DNA of 64,000 nucleotides, from IMG/VR virus record IMGVR_UViG_3300032007_000079, positions 3,316 through 67,315 of that record; one strand, 5' to 3'. The notes beneath the pieces are model-generated. The model searched no databases. It saw only the letters and a program-made list of their open reading frames with translations, and was not told the origin of the DNA. Source of the stretch: a virus (lineage: Duplodnaviria > Caudoviricetes). The position numbers and the translations under genes were made by a program. This document shows, piece by piece, positions 9,674 through 19,400 of this stretch (position 1 is the stretch's first letter; the number at the start of each line of letters is the position of its first letter).

Positions 9674-10261
9674 TTGGATACATCATGGGTGAGTCCGCCT
9701 CTCACCCATGGTGTTGTTTGTGTTTATAGAAAGGGGATGATCCCATTGAAATCTAAATCGGGTCAATCAGGAGTTGACTTTGGGCAGATTGAATATGCAT
9801 ATGCTGCAGAAGATTTCCCAGCCAGTGCAGAATTCATTAAGGTATACATACCTAAATTGATGGGTAATATACAGGCATCACCTAAAAAAGAAACAGCGCC
9901 TATTAATAAGGCAGTCTTTAGCAATTCATCAGACACAGCAGCAACATCATCAACGTCTGTGTCTAAGCAAGGATATATAGTAGCTCGTGTAGTTGATAAA
10001 CGTAATCACACTCATCCATGGCTATTCTGTAACAATCCATGGTATGGTACAGATAATTGTCCTAACAGAGCTCATTGCAACACATGTCACCATCCTGGAT
10101 CATCTATACTTGCACCATGTTATCATGATCATTGGCACTATGACTTTAATGATGAACCTGTTGGTGGTTCTAACATTCCAGCTGGTGCTAAATTAATGGT
10201 GTTAATAATGGATGAAAACCTAGCTGACGTATGGGTAACACGGTTTATATGTCATTATTAA
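9674..10261 (+). CDS. Putative baseplate hub/spike protein (gp5/VgrG OB-fold-like) with a His/Cys-rich insert; true start probably 9737-9746
   Basis: IKVYIPKLMG and IPAGAKLMVLIMDENLADVWV resemble gp5/gpV OB-fold strands; next to a gp53-like gene. Confidence 0.55.
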   Translation: MDTSWVSPPLTHGVVCVYRKGMIPLKSKSGQSGVDFGQIEYAYAAEDFPASAEFIKVYIPKLMGNIQASPKKETAPINKAVFSNSSDTAATSSTSVSKQGYIVARVVDKRNHTHPWLFCNNPWYGTDNCPNRAHCNTCHHPGSSILAPCYHDHWHYDFNDEPVGGSNIPAGAKLMVLIMDENLADVWVTRFICHY

Positions 10262-10297
10262 CAAGCAAGTAAAAATATATATCATGGTGGTGTGCAT

Positions 10298-10756
10298 ATG
10301 AACGCAGGGATTAAAACTATAGACCAACAGGCATCAGCTGCTGCATTGTTAAATCTTACATGGGCTAAGATGTCTTTTAAGTCAGTATTAGCTATATCTA
10401 AAACAACAGCACTGAAACTAAACACACATGCTGTATTCTCTGAATACAATTATCACATTAGAAATGATGAGTGTGCCTTTGTTACATTTACAGAGGATAA
10501 TGCACGACGTTATATGTATAAACCTAAACTGTTAGCTTATGCATTATACGGTAACATTGAACTATATGCATTAATATTAAGACTTAACCATATGAAGTCT
10601 GTATCAGACTTCACTATGGAATCACTTATGAATGGCATTATAGTGCCATATACGTCAATTAAAGACTTCTTCAATGAGGTCTTTATAAAGGAAAAAGCGC
10701 CTATCAACAGAAATATACAGAAGGTTGAAGACGATGTCAAGTTGACACAAATCTGA
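10298..10756 (+). CDS. Baseplate wedge protein (T4 gp53/LysM-like)
   Basis: YKPKLLAYALYGNIELYALILRLNHM matches the RPDxxAxxxYGxxxLxWxILxxN pattern. Confidence 0.7.
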   Translation: MNAGIKTIDQQASAAALLNLTWAKMSFKSVLAISKTTALKLNTHAVFSEYNYHIRNDECAFVTFTEDNARRYMYKPKLLAYALYGNIELYALILRLNHMKSVSDFTMESLMNGIIVPYTSIKDFFNEVFIKEKAPINRNIQKVEDDVKLTQI

Positions 10757-10806
10757 GGATGATGGACTCAACCATCATCCTCTATTTAACCGTTGAGGTG
10801 TATAAT

Positions 10807-11481
10807 ATGCATTCTGAATACTATAATTCAAAGCATGAGGTAGTACCAAGCGTTACTACAGTCATAAAAATATTCAATAAGGATGGCCTATTACAATGGG
10901 CCAATGCAATAGGTAAGCGTGGTATAGATTATACACGTTATCTGAATAATAAAGCAATATTTGGTACATTAGTACACGAACTTATAGAGTCGGATTTATT
11001 AGGTAAAGAGCCAGCTATTATAGGTCATGCTAATATGTTAAGTGATGCAATGGAGCTAGTTAACAAGTTCAAATTGGTTAAGCAAGACCTAAGGATAACA
11101 AATGTAATGTCAGAGGTTTCATTGTCATGTGATACATATGGTGGTACTATAGATCTTATATGTGACATCATATCTGGTGATGGTAAGTATATTAAGGTAT
11201 TGGGTGATTTTAAGACATCCAAAACTGTATATGAGACACAATTCATACAGCTTGGCGGATATCTAAACCTGATAAAGATCAATATGCCAGATGTATATGA
11301 ACAGATACAGCAGTGTGTGATATTTTCCATCACAGCTAATAAAATAGTGATGCGATATATATCTAAAGAGGACTGTGAAACCTACTTTACAAGTATATTC
11401 TTAAAACTGTTAGATGTATATAATGCATGGAATGATATTAAGAATGTCTATAAGGACCTCTATATATCAAAGCAGTATTAA
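10807..11481 (+). CDS. PD-(D/E)XK exonuclease (phage/Cas4-like fold)
   Basis: VPSVTTVI...LLQWAN...GTLVHELIE...YGGTIDLI...GDFKTS...QLGGY; RBS GAGGTG. Confidence 0.85.
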   Translation: MHSEYYNSKHEVVPSVTTVIKIFNKDGLLQWANAIGKRGIDYTRYLNNKAIFGTLVHELIESDLLGKEPAIIGHANMLSDAMELVNKFKLVKQDLRITNVMSEVSLSCDTYGGTIDLICDIISGDGKYIKVLGDFKTSKTVYETQFIQLGGYLNLIKINMPDVYEQIQQCVIFSITANKIVMRYISKEDCETYFTSIFLKLLDVYNAWNDIKNVYKDLYISKQY

Positions 11482-11521
11482 AAGTATATATCATGGTATT
11501 GCATATTGGAGGTACCAAAAA

Positions 11522-12127
11522 ATGGCTAAATTGTTTAAGATGAACAGGTATAGTGCAATTCTATATCAGGATTTAAAGCGATATTTCAAATACATGAAGA
11601 GAGATATATTTGTCAATATAATGGTTAGGCCTAATAAAAAGGGTCCATTCCCAAAAGGTAAACATCCATCATATAAGTATGAGTCACTATTAGATACATT
11701 ATTCATGAGGCTTAAGAAGAAAGCATATAAGAAGCTATGGTTTAATAGCGATATACGTGATAAGCATACAACAGTGCCATGGATGATCATGCATAATCCG
11801 AAGTATGATCCTAAGAATAAGCTATTAGTGCACACTAATGTTACATTTAGGATGTTTTGTGATATGCTTATATCTGATAATGGTGCACATGCATGGCTTA
11901 GAAAGTTGGATACCTGTTATAAGATAGCTGGTGAAGCTATGGATTTTGTAAATACATCAAATCATATGGATGTTGAAATCCGTTGTGGTCACCAGTATAG
12001 AAGTTGCTTATTGATGGTATTTGATAGATTTGGCCTTAACCGTAAATGTATTAAGGCTGGTGATAAATATAAAGCACCTGAATTACATATAATAATGGCT
12101 AAAAATGAGGACTATCATGATATTTAA
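11522..12127 (+). CDS. Hypothetical basic protein
   Basis: Start moved to ATG 11522 (RBS GGAGGT); TATATCAT motif at 11487-11494. Confidence 0.8.
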   Translation: MAKLFKMNRYSAILYQDLKRYFKYMKRDIFVNIMVRPNKKGPFPKGKHPSYKYESLLDTLFMRLKKKAYKKLWFNSDIRDKHTTVPWMIMHNPKYDPKNKLLVHTNVTFRMFCDMLISDNGAHAWLRKLDTCYKIAGEAMDFVNTSNHMDVEIRCGHQYRSCLLMVFDRFGLNRKCIKAGDKYKAPELHIIMAKNEDYHDI

Positions 12128-13271
12128 AGTTGCCATAATAGCAGATCTACATTTTGGTGCACAATCACCAAAGCAGTTATATAGTGAACTAGAAACCTGC
12201 TTCTTAGATTTTATCAAGGATAGATATCTTGATATGATAGTGATAGCCGGTGATTTCTATAACTCAGTAATCTCATTGAATTCACAGACTTCGATAATAG
12301 CCTTCAAGTTCATGAATGAGCTAATTAAAATATGTGAAACCAATGGAATACGATATGTACGTATATTGGAAGGTACACTGTCGCATGACAATTTCCAAAT
12401 ACGTAATTTTAGTATGTATGAAGCAAATAAGAAGGTTGATGTGCGGATAATCACCACAGTACGTAGTGAAGTACTGGAAGGTATGAATATCTTGTATATA
12501 CCTGAGGAATACATGGAAGATCCAAAGTCGTACTATGATAAGTATTTCAATGTACCAAAGAAGTATTATGACTTTATATTTGGTCATGGGATGTTCAAAG
12601 AGGTATCGTTCGTATCCGATGATGGTGAGAATGCAATATCCCAAGCACCTGTTATGGATTCTAAACTTATTGGTAGTATTTGTAAAGGTCCGATATTCTT
12701 TGGTCACATACATACAACAACCATAATACGTAATCACATATATTATGTGGGCAGCTATTCAAGGTGGGTATATGGTCAAGAGGAAGATAAGGGATTCTAT
12801 ATCTGTGTATATGATACCGACTCTTATAGGTACATGATAGAATTTATAGTCAATAGGAATACAAGACGGTTTGACACTGTTAAAGTGGTCTTAGATAACT
12901 ATAACAAAAGCCCTGAAGAGCTAATCACGTTTGTAAAGCAATTGAAGAGGGATAACCTAAGGATCCAACTTATTGCTGAATCAGGTGATAAGGACTTCTC
13001 ATACTTTATCAGTTTCCTTAAGGAATACTATACTGGTAAGCAAGGTTACAAGCTAGATATAGTCGACAAGCGTGAGAAGCTTGTTAAACAGAAGACCGAA
13101 GAGAGAGTTAAACAGATTATGACAGACTACAATTTCCTATTCGACAAATCATTACCTGTCACAGTTAAAATCCAGAAGTATATAAAGAGGAAGTATAGTA
13201 AGGATATATCAGAGGAGTTCCTTAAGAACCTACTGAACTTGAATGTGACTAAAATTAACCAAGGCGGATGA
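12117..13271 (+). CDS. sbcD: SbcD/Mre11-family metallophosphoesterase nuclease
   Basis: ADLHFG, AGDFYN, GTLSHD, GHGMF, GHIH, YVGSY motifs. Confidence 0.88.
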   Translation: MIFKVAIIADLHFGAQSPKQLYSELETCFLDFIKDRYLDMIVIAGDFYNSVISLNSQTSIIAFKFMNELIKICETNGIRYVRILEGTLSHDNFQIRNFSMYEANKKVDVRIITTVRSEVLEGMNILYIPEEYMEDPKSYYDKYFNVPKKYYDFIFGHGMFKEVSFVSDDGENAISQAPVMDSKLIGSICKGPIFFGHIHTTTIIRNHIYYVGSYSRWVYGQEEDKGFYICVYDTDSYRYMIEFIVNRNTRRFDTVKVVLDNYNKSPEELITFVKQLKRDNLRIQLIAESGDKDFSYFISFLKEYYTGKQGYKLDIVDKREKLVKQKTEERVKQIMTDYNFLFDKSLPVTVKIQKYIKRKYSKDISEEFLKNLLNLNVTKINQGG

Positions 13272-13277
13272 TATATA

Positions 13278-14942
13278 ATGGCGGTAAAATATAGAAAGCG
13301 CGGAGACGACGTAAGAACGTTTGTTGCTGGTGAAACCAAGATAAAGATCAGGATGGATAAAAACTTTCTTAATATGGTAATCCTGTATCTGTTCACCAAA
13401 TCTAAATCCGTGACTAAAGCCAATTTACTGGCACTCCGTAAGTTCTTTAATCTTATAGATACCAGTATTTATATGACAAACGTTGAACTCTATAGCCGTA
13501 TAGAGTTTATTATGAAGGCACTGGAATGTATACTAGTGCAAGGGGTTGAGAATAAAAGTGTACTATTGCAAGAGTGTACAAATGAGAACGACCCTGCTAA
13601 TGCGGAAGTAATAACATCACTGGTCAAGAATGAACAACTGAGCCTTAGTGAGATCAATATGATCAATCGTCAGGTTAAAGATCACTTACAGTATGCATAC
13701 ATTATATACTATAAGGAAATCCTGACAGAAGATTTCATGTGGATAGACCAGAATAAATATAAGACCATGAAGGAAGTGGTCGATAAGGTTAAAGGGCATA
13801 TGACATCATGCATGAATGACATGAGAAAGTCGGATACCCTGTCAACAAATAACTTCTTCTCGCTTAGGGAAGAAATAGCAGATGCATTCCTTAAGCTATT
13901 ATATGAAAAAGCATGTGATCCAAAGCTGGCATTACGAACCGGCATAACATATCTGAATGACATGTTGAGTCCTGGATTCTTACCTGGACGCCTATTTTTA
14001 ATACTAGGTATTACGGGCGGGTATAAATCATCGTTTCTTGTACAGTGTGCCAGGTGGATCAAATTATATAATAAACCGCAAATCAAAAGGAGAGACCCGT
14101 CATCAACACCAACTGTATTACTGATAACAACAGAGAATAGTACAGAAGAATCAGTAACAAGGTTATTTAACATGGTAGCCGGTGATAACCCAATAAACAG
14201 TTATGGATCTGGTGATGAGGTAGTTAAGGAATTCAAGAACACTGGTCATATGAATCTTAAGGATAACGATACAGATATCGTTATCCAATATTATGCAAAT
14301 AATGAGCTCAGTACAGAAGATCTGTATGGTATTATCAACGATCTTGAAGATGATAATCGTGAGGTTGTAGCTTTGATATTTGACTATATCAAGAGGATTA
14401 GACCTGCAGAACCTTCACCGGATGAGCGTATCCAGTTGAAGAATGTATCTAATGAACTCAAGACCTTAGCTATTAAATATGATATACCTGTAATAACAGC
14501 CAATCAGATTAACCGTGCAGGTAATATGGCGATAGATGCTGCTGCTACTGAAGGTAAGGAAGATTTGGCTAGGTTATTGGGTAGAGCAAATATAGCAGTA
14601 TCATGGGATCTATTAGAAAATGTAGACTGGGCTGCAATCATAAATATGGAAAGAGAACGGCGATCTGGTACTTTGTATTTAACCATTAAGCGTATTAAAA
14701 TGCGTTATAAGGATCTAGCCAGTTATACATATATCAATCATCCATTTGTAAAAGATAGTACTATCCAGTTGATTGATGATGTTAAACTTGATAAACCACT
14801 ATCCATTCTGTCATTAAGTTCAGATATGGTTGGTGTTATGCCATTTGGTAGTAAAGGCAATGGATCAACACATGAACGTGAAATGGTTAGTGCAGAAAGC
14901 AGTGATGCTGTATTTAATATAGAGGGATCTATCAATTCATGA
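13278..14942 (+). CDS. dnaB: Replicative DnaB-family helicase
   Basis: Walker A GITGGYKS, LITTENS, IFDYIKRI, LKTLAIKYDIPVITANQINR. Confidence 0.9.
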   Translation: MAVKYRKRGDDVRTFVAGETKIKIRMDKNFLNMVILYLFTKSKSVTKANLLALRKFFNLIDTSIYMTNVELYSRIEFIMKALECILVQGVENKSVLLQECTNENDPANAEVITSLVKNEQLSLSEINMINRQVKDHLQYAYIIYYKEILTEDFMWIDQNKYKTMKEVVDKVKGHMTSCMNDMRKSDTLSTNNFFSLREEIADAFLKLLYEKACDPKLALRTGITYLNDMLSPGFLPGRLFLILGITGGYKSSFLVQCARWIKLYNKPQIKRRDPSSTPTVLLITTENSTEESVTRLFNMVAGDNPINSYGSGDEVVKEFKNTGHMNLKDNDTDIVIQYYANNELSTEDLYGIINDLEDDNREVVALIFDYIKRIRPAEPSPDERIQLKNVSNELKTLAIKYDIPVITANQINRAGNMAIDAAATEGKEDLARLLGRANIAVSWDLLENVDWAAIINMERERRSGTLYLTIKRIKMRYKDLASYTYINHPFVKDSTIQLIDDVKLDKPLSILSLSSDMVGVMPFGSKGNGSTHEREMVSAESSDAVFNIEGSINS

Positions 14943-14946
14943 AATG

Positions 14947-14982
14947 ATATACCAGGGTTGGTTAAATCCAACCCTGGTATAT
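14947..14982 (+). terminator. Hairpin after dnaB
   Basis: 15-bp perfect stem atataccagggttgg/ccaaccctggtatat. Confidence 0.65.
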
Positions 14983-15055
14983 TTAGATTGCATGATAGAG
15001 CACCTTCGACAACGGTATAACGTGTGATAATAATCCATTGGAGGCATTCTATGTT

Positions 15056-15631
15056 ATGAGTGATATTAAGCAATTATATGATCAGATATCTGCTTTATAT
15101 GGCAAAGGGTTACCAAAAAAGGTTATATCTGACATTATGAGACTAATCCCTAAAAAATTGGAAGCCGATGAAGACGTATATGATAAATATGTCTATCTTA
15201 ATCAGTTGTATACTTTTGGGGAATACAAATCATGTATATCACTGTATGATAAATGCTATAGCTCTCCTATCCACTCATATGGTGAAAAGGAAGAGCTGAT
15301 ATATAGTTATAAGAAGGTAGATCCCGGATTAATCAAAGATCATAGAATACGTAATGATAGAGGTCGTTTTATCCATACCAAAGATACCATAGAGGCTAAA
15401 CGGTTAGATCAAGACGTATCTAACGTATTCCTGATAAAACGTACTATCTGGGATAGCATGAAATACGATAAGAAGATGGTGTTATATACTATCTATGTAT
15501 ATAACCATAACAACCGCGCTGAGAACCAGCGTAAGGAACAAGCCAAAACCGCGTTAGCCCAAATGAAATTATCATTTAAGGTTAATGAGAAAGGAACCGG
15601 TAATAATGGTATCCAACAACAAAACATCTAA
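15056..15631 (+). CDS. Hypothetical protein, first gene of a probable late operon
   Basis: RBS GGAGG; GACA-N6-TA motif at 15008-15019. Confidence 0.8.
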   Translation: MSDIKQLYDQISALYGKGLPKKVISDIMRLIPKKLEADEDVYDKYVYLNQLYTFGEYKSCISLYDKCYSSPIHSYGEKEELIYSYKKVDPGLIKDHRIRNDRGRFIHTKDTIEAKRLDQDVSNVFLIKRTIWDSMKYDKKMVLYTIYVYNHNNRAENQRKEQAKTALAQMKLSFKVNEKGTGNNGIQQQNI

Positions 15632-16586
15632 ATCCATAAGAAATACATATCTGTACGACTCCATGAATAAAGGTAATTATCTGGATAACAACCTGAAGAG
15701 CATTATATCTAAAGGTAAAAAGTTAAAAGCAGATGACCTGCAATATGAAGTCAGTACTATCAATAAATACTACAAGTTTGCCATGAAGAAGTCTGTATTG
15801 ACTGCTTTTGAAAATGGCTTATTGAAAGCTATAGTGCTTCCACCTGGTACAACTGAAAAGATGTCTTCATCTGTACCGTTTATTCTATATGGTAACGGTG
15901 GTGCTATTGGCGCATATGTGTTTATAGATAACTATGTCCAGTATGCTAAAACGTCAGATACATATAGTATCGATCCACGTAAGCTATACTGTTTGCTTGA
16001 ATCGGCATATATGGCTATTATAATACAGAAGAACTACCCTGTATTCAGTAGGTCTGCAGTATTAGCCAAAGAGGGCGGCGCAATATACGCTCATATGTTT
16101 ATACGTGTGCTAAATCGTAAGTATGCACTGAATGTAGATAGACGTGCATATGCCAAGGTATTATTCCTGGCTGCTAAATTTTTTATGATCAACCTGCTTG
16201 GTATGGACCCAGAGTCTGAAGCAGTGTTTAACTATGCAGTGAGTGTATCTGAAGTAGATTCACCTATTACAGTTAGGGAACTTGATCAGCGTTTTGATGT
16301 TGATAAAGCATATGAGAACCTCAATACATTCATCACATTCCTACGCAAAAATGCGTATATGATAACACAAAGCCTGGCTGAATTGACCATGCGAGATTAC
16401 CTTGTTGATTACGTTAACATGTATTCATCAACTTCCATCTTTGCATTGGAACACTTCAGCTATTTCATGTTTGCAATAGATAGTGTTATTCTTGGCGCAT
16501 ATCTTAATAATCAGGCTATCCTAGAGGATATCGTGGGTAAGTCTGGAGCTAAGATGTATACACAGATCGCTCCGTATCAAGAATAA
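15606..16586 (+). CDS. Hypothetical protein, probably virion-associated
   Basis: Long ORF overlapping the upstream gene; start moved to ATG 15606. Confidence 0.8.
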   Translation: MVSNNKTSKSIRNTYLYDSMNKGNYLDNNLKSIISKGKKLKADDLQYEVSTINKYYKFAMKKSVLTAFENGLLKAIVLPPGTTEKMSSSVPFILYGNGGAIGAYVFIDNYVQYAKTSDTYSIDPRKLYCLLESAYMAIIIQKNYPVFSRSAVLAKEGGAIYAHMFIRVLNRKYALNVDRRAYAKVLFLAAKFFMINLLGMDPESEAVFNYAVSVSEVDSPITVRELDQRFDVDKAYENLNTFITFLRKNAYMITQSLAELTMRDYLVDYVNMYSSTSIFALEHFSYFMFAIDSVILGAYLNNQAILEDIVGKSGAKMYTQIAPYQE

Positions 16587-16602
16587 TCGAGGTGATCCAA
16601 TA

Positions 16603-19308
16603 ATGGGCTTTATAACCAAGACCCAAGTCAAGAGAGCAATATCCCTAGGATCACTTAATCCTAAAATCATAGACCAGTTTTTCCATGATATCAAGTATAA
16701 GGCGTATGACTATGATTATCTGATACAGGATCAGCTCATTGACGTATATTTACAAAGGAACAACTTTAAGACCGATGTCTTTAATAACACTGAGGTCATG
16801 TTAGATGGTGTTAAAGAAGGATCTCGGGATACAGTGTGTGTTCTATCTATAGATAAAAGCATTGTACATAATGCAAAACGTAAGTCTTTCAGGCACTACC
16901 CATTATATAATAAGCCAATAACCCAGACTGATATAATGAAACGCCGTGACATATTTAAGTATGGCATACTTACATTTATCAATGGGCTGCTTGAGCTTGA
17001 CTATAAGGTACAGGCAAGGGACGATAAGACTGCGTTGATATTCCCTTATGCTACATATGCTCCTATTGTTAAAGATGATGATGTTATATCTACATTGTTT
17101 CTTCCTGAAGCCCTGGTGTCCGTTTCCAGATCATTGATTTACACTGATAAGATAGGTACTAAAAGGCTCAAGGCAGATGTGTTCACAGATATAACAAAGG
17201 ATCAGATCAAAGAATGTTCTGGATTTATGGCGTTTTTGATTAAGCGCTATTCCCAGTATAAACCATTATTATATACTGGTATATCATATGATGATGTGAA
17301 TAATGAGTTCGTGTTTGAGAGTATGCCAGCATCTCTTGATGGGTACTATGCAGTATTGGTTGGTATGGAAAGCTATAAAGAAACCATCACTGTTACTGGA
17401 TCCATGGAATATTTCCAAATATCTAAACGCAATATGCCAGTACCTGCTAATAACCTTATCGTTATGATTCAGGATCCAAATGGGTATTCATATAGTATCA
17501 ATACTGGTGAAGTGACAATAACTGAACAGTATCCGTATGTATATAAAGTAGATAATCCTACAGGAAGGACTATCAAGGTAATCGTATTGTACAGTGATAA
17601 AGCTGCTAATGATATGATCAACTATGATACTGAAATGGATTATTATCTTGATATGATCAATATACTTGAACGGTATACTGCTTGCACAACACCAGACATC
17701 GTAAGAGATTATAAACCAATAAAATGGGATTATCTGATAAAGGATTATCAAGACACTATAGGTGTACCAACACCTACAAGTGATCCATGGTATCCATTCT
17801 TATATAAACTGAAGAAGATAAGCGACATATATAAGTTATGGTGTTTATTCTTCCAGACATATATTAGAAGAACGTATGGGTTTTTAGAAAACTGGATGCT
17901 TGACGTAAAGACTATAGATCTTGACTCTAGAGTTAGGACATCAACAATGCCAGAAATACCCATGAGTGATAAACAATATAGGCCATTTAGTAAGCCACTA
18001 TATCTATTTAGGTATAAAGAGATAGGCACCAATAATAAACCTACATCATATGGATGGTTTATTGATGGGCGGTTTATTGTACCTGAATACACAGCTAGCT
18101 ACAATGGATACAATTATGTGTACTTTGACCCAGATACCATTAAATCTGACTCACTTATTGAGATAGAACGATATGATGGTAACTACTGGTCTAAGAAAGT
18201 ATCAGTAACAACATCGGCAAATGTATTGGTTACATGGTTGGAAAGACCTGTATTAATGAATGCTATATTTATTACTGATGCTGATGGAAATTATATGAAT
18301 TCTGGTCAGTACAGCATATATGTACAAGATCCAAAGATGGGTGATGAGTGGTTTGATATCGATATGAACAAATCCGTTTTCATACTTGAAAATGGGATGA
18401 CCATAAAGATAGAAGCCGGTGATCAAGCCCATATGAATAAGACCATATACTTAAACTGCAATAATCTTGCCAGGGTATGGAATTTTGATACATCTCAGAC
18501 TCCTAACTTTAGTGGCTATAGCCTTAATAAGTATGGATACGTCGATAGATGTAAGCAAAACATTATACCTAGGGTAAGAATATATACACCAGATGGTCGT
18601 ATGTATCCAAAGTATGCATATGACCAAGAACCACATAACAACATTAAGGAACCACCACATTTCCAGGTATTTGCTAATACATCAAAAGGTACACCGTTCA
18701 AAGTACAGTACCTTGGGTATGATGAAAAAATAGTATACCAGCTTGATCGTATACCTCCAAAGGGACTTATCAATTTTGAAGGTATATTGCGTAGACCATT
18801 TAGTCTTACATATTATACAGTATTTCTGAACGGGTTTAAGCTTAATGAAAAGCATATTATACAGATATCGCCATTTACAATAGCAATACAGAACGTAACA
18901 TATCGTGATGATCTTATCATATATGAACGTGTACATGGTGATGAACTGTTTGACTTTATCCCTGGTGAGGGTGTAAAATCATCATATTTAGCTGATAGGT
19001 TAATAACTGAAGACCCTGACTTCTATGTACAGGTGCTGAATAGTTTGTCTAATATCATCATTGATCCAACCATACCTGATATGGATGGTGAAATAGATAA
19101 GATGCTAGCATTTGTAAAGAGGGAATTAGGACCTAAATTTGTGAATATGGATGACACCCACAGTTTTGAGGAATGGGAATACTATAAGGAGCTATTTACT
19201 GATAGCTTAAGAATGTTCCTAAATGCTGATGAACGGGTGGAAAGGGAACTACCAGTATTCAATTGGTTCTACATGAACCATGATTTCACATTAGATCCAC
19301 CAAAGTAA
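16603..19308 (+). CDS. Large probable virion structural protein (901 aa, baseplate/tail-type)
   Basis: Long ORF rich in Tyr, Ile and predicted beta-strands, in a late-motif operon; function is inference. Confidence 0.6.
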   Translation: MGFITKTQVKRAISLGSLNPKIIDQFFHDIKYKAYDYDYLIQDQLIDVYLQRNNFKTDVFNNTEVMLDGVKEGSRDTVCVLSIDKSIVHNAKRKSFRHYPLYNKPITQTDIMKRRDIFKYGILTFINGLLELDYKVQARDDKTALIFPYATYAPIVKDDDVISTLFLPEALVSVSRSLIYTDKIGTKRLKADVFTDITKDQIKECSGFMAFLIKRYSQYKPLLYTGISYDDVNNEFVFESMPASLDGYYAVLVGMESYKETITVTGSMEYFQISKRNMPVPANNLIVMIQDPNGYSYSINTGEVTITEQYPYVYKVDNPTGRTIKVIVLYSDKAANDMINYDTEMDYYLDMINILERYTACTTPDIVRDYKPIKWDYLIKDYQDTIGVPTPTSDPWYPFLYKLKKISDIYKLWCLFFQTYIRRTYGFLENWMLDVKTIDLDSRVRTSTMPEIPMSDKQYRPFSKPLYLFRYKEIGTNNKPTSYGWFIDGRFIVPEYTASYNGYNYVYFDPDTIKSDSLIEIERYDGNYWSKKVSVTTSANVLVTWLERPVLMNAIFITDADGNYMNSGQYSIYVQDPKMGDEWFDIDMNKSVFILENGMTIKIEAGDQAHMNKTIYLNCNNLARVWNFDTSQTPNFSGYSLNKYGYVDRCKQNIIPRVRIYTPDGRMYPKYAYDQEPHNNIKEPPHFQVFANTSKGTPFKVQYLGYDEKIVYQLDRIPPKGLINFEGILRRPFSLTYYTVFLNGFKLNEKHIIQISPFTIAIQNVTYRDDLIIYERVHGDELFDFIPGEGVKSSYLADRLITEDPDFYVQVLNSLSNIIIDPTIPDMDGEIDKMLAFVKRELGPKFVNMDDTHSFEEWEYYKELFTDSLRMFLNADERVERELPVFNWFYMNHDFTLDPPK

Positions 19309-19338
19309 TTTAACTCATATAACAGATAGATATAATAT

Positions 19339-19370
19339 ACTCGATACACCTAATTACAGGTGTATCGAGT
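19339..19370. promoter_or_regulatory. 13-bp hairpin between the virion gene and the DNA polymerase gene
   Basis: actcgatacacct/aggtgtatcgagt, just downstream of AACA-gataga-TA (19321-19332). Confidence 0.6.
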
Positions 19371-19400
19371 TCTATAGTTTGTTTCACAATACCATACGAG

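Noticed and set aside
9216-13279. TATAT(T/A)AT matches at 9216-9223 and 13272-13279 as promoters
   Set aside because: They overlap the start codons, leaving no room for the RBS in the transcript; probably chance AT-rich spacers
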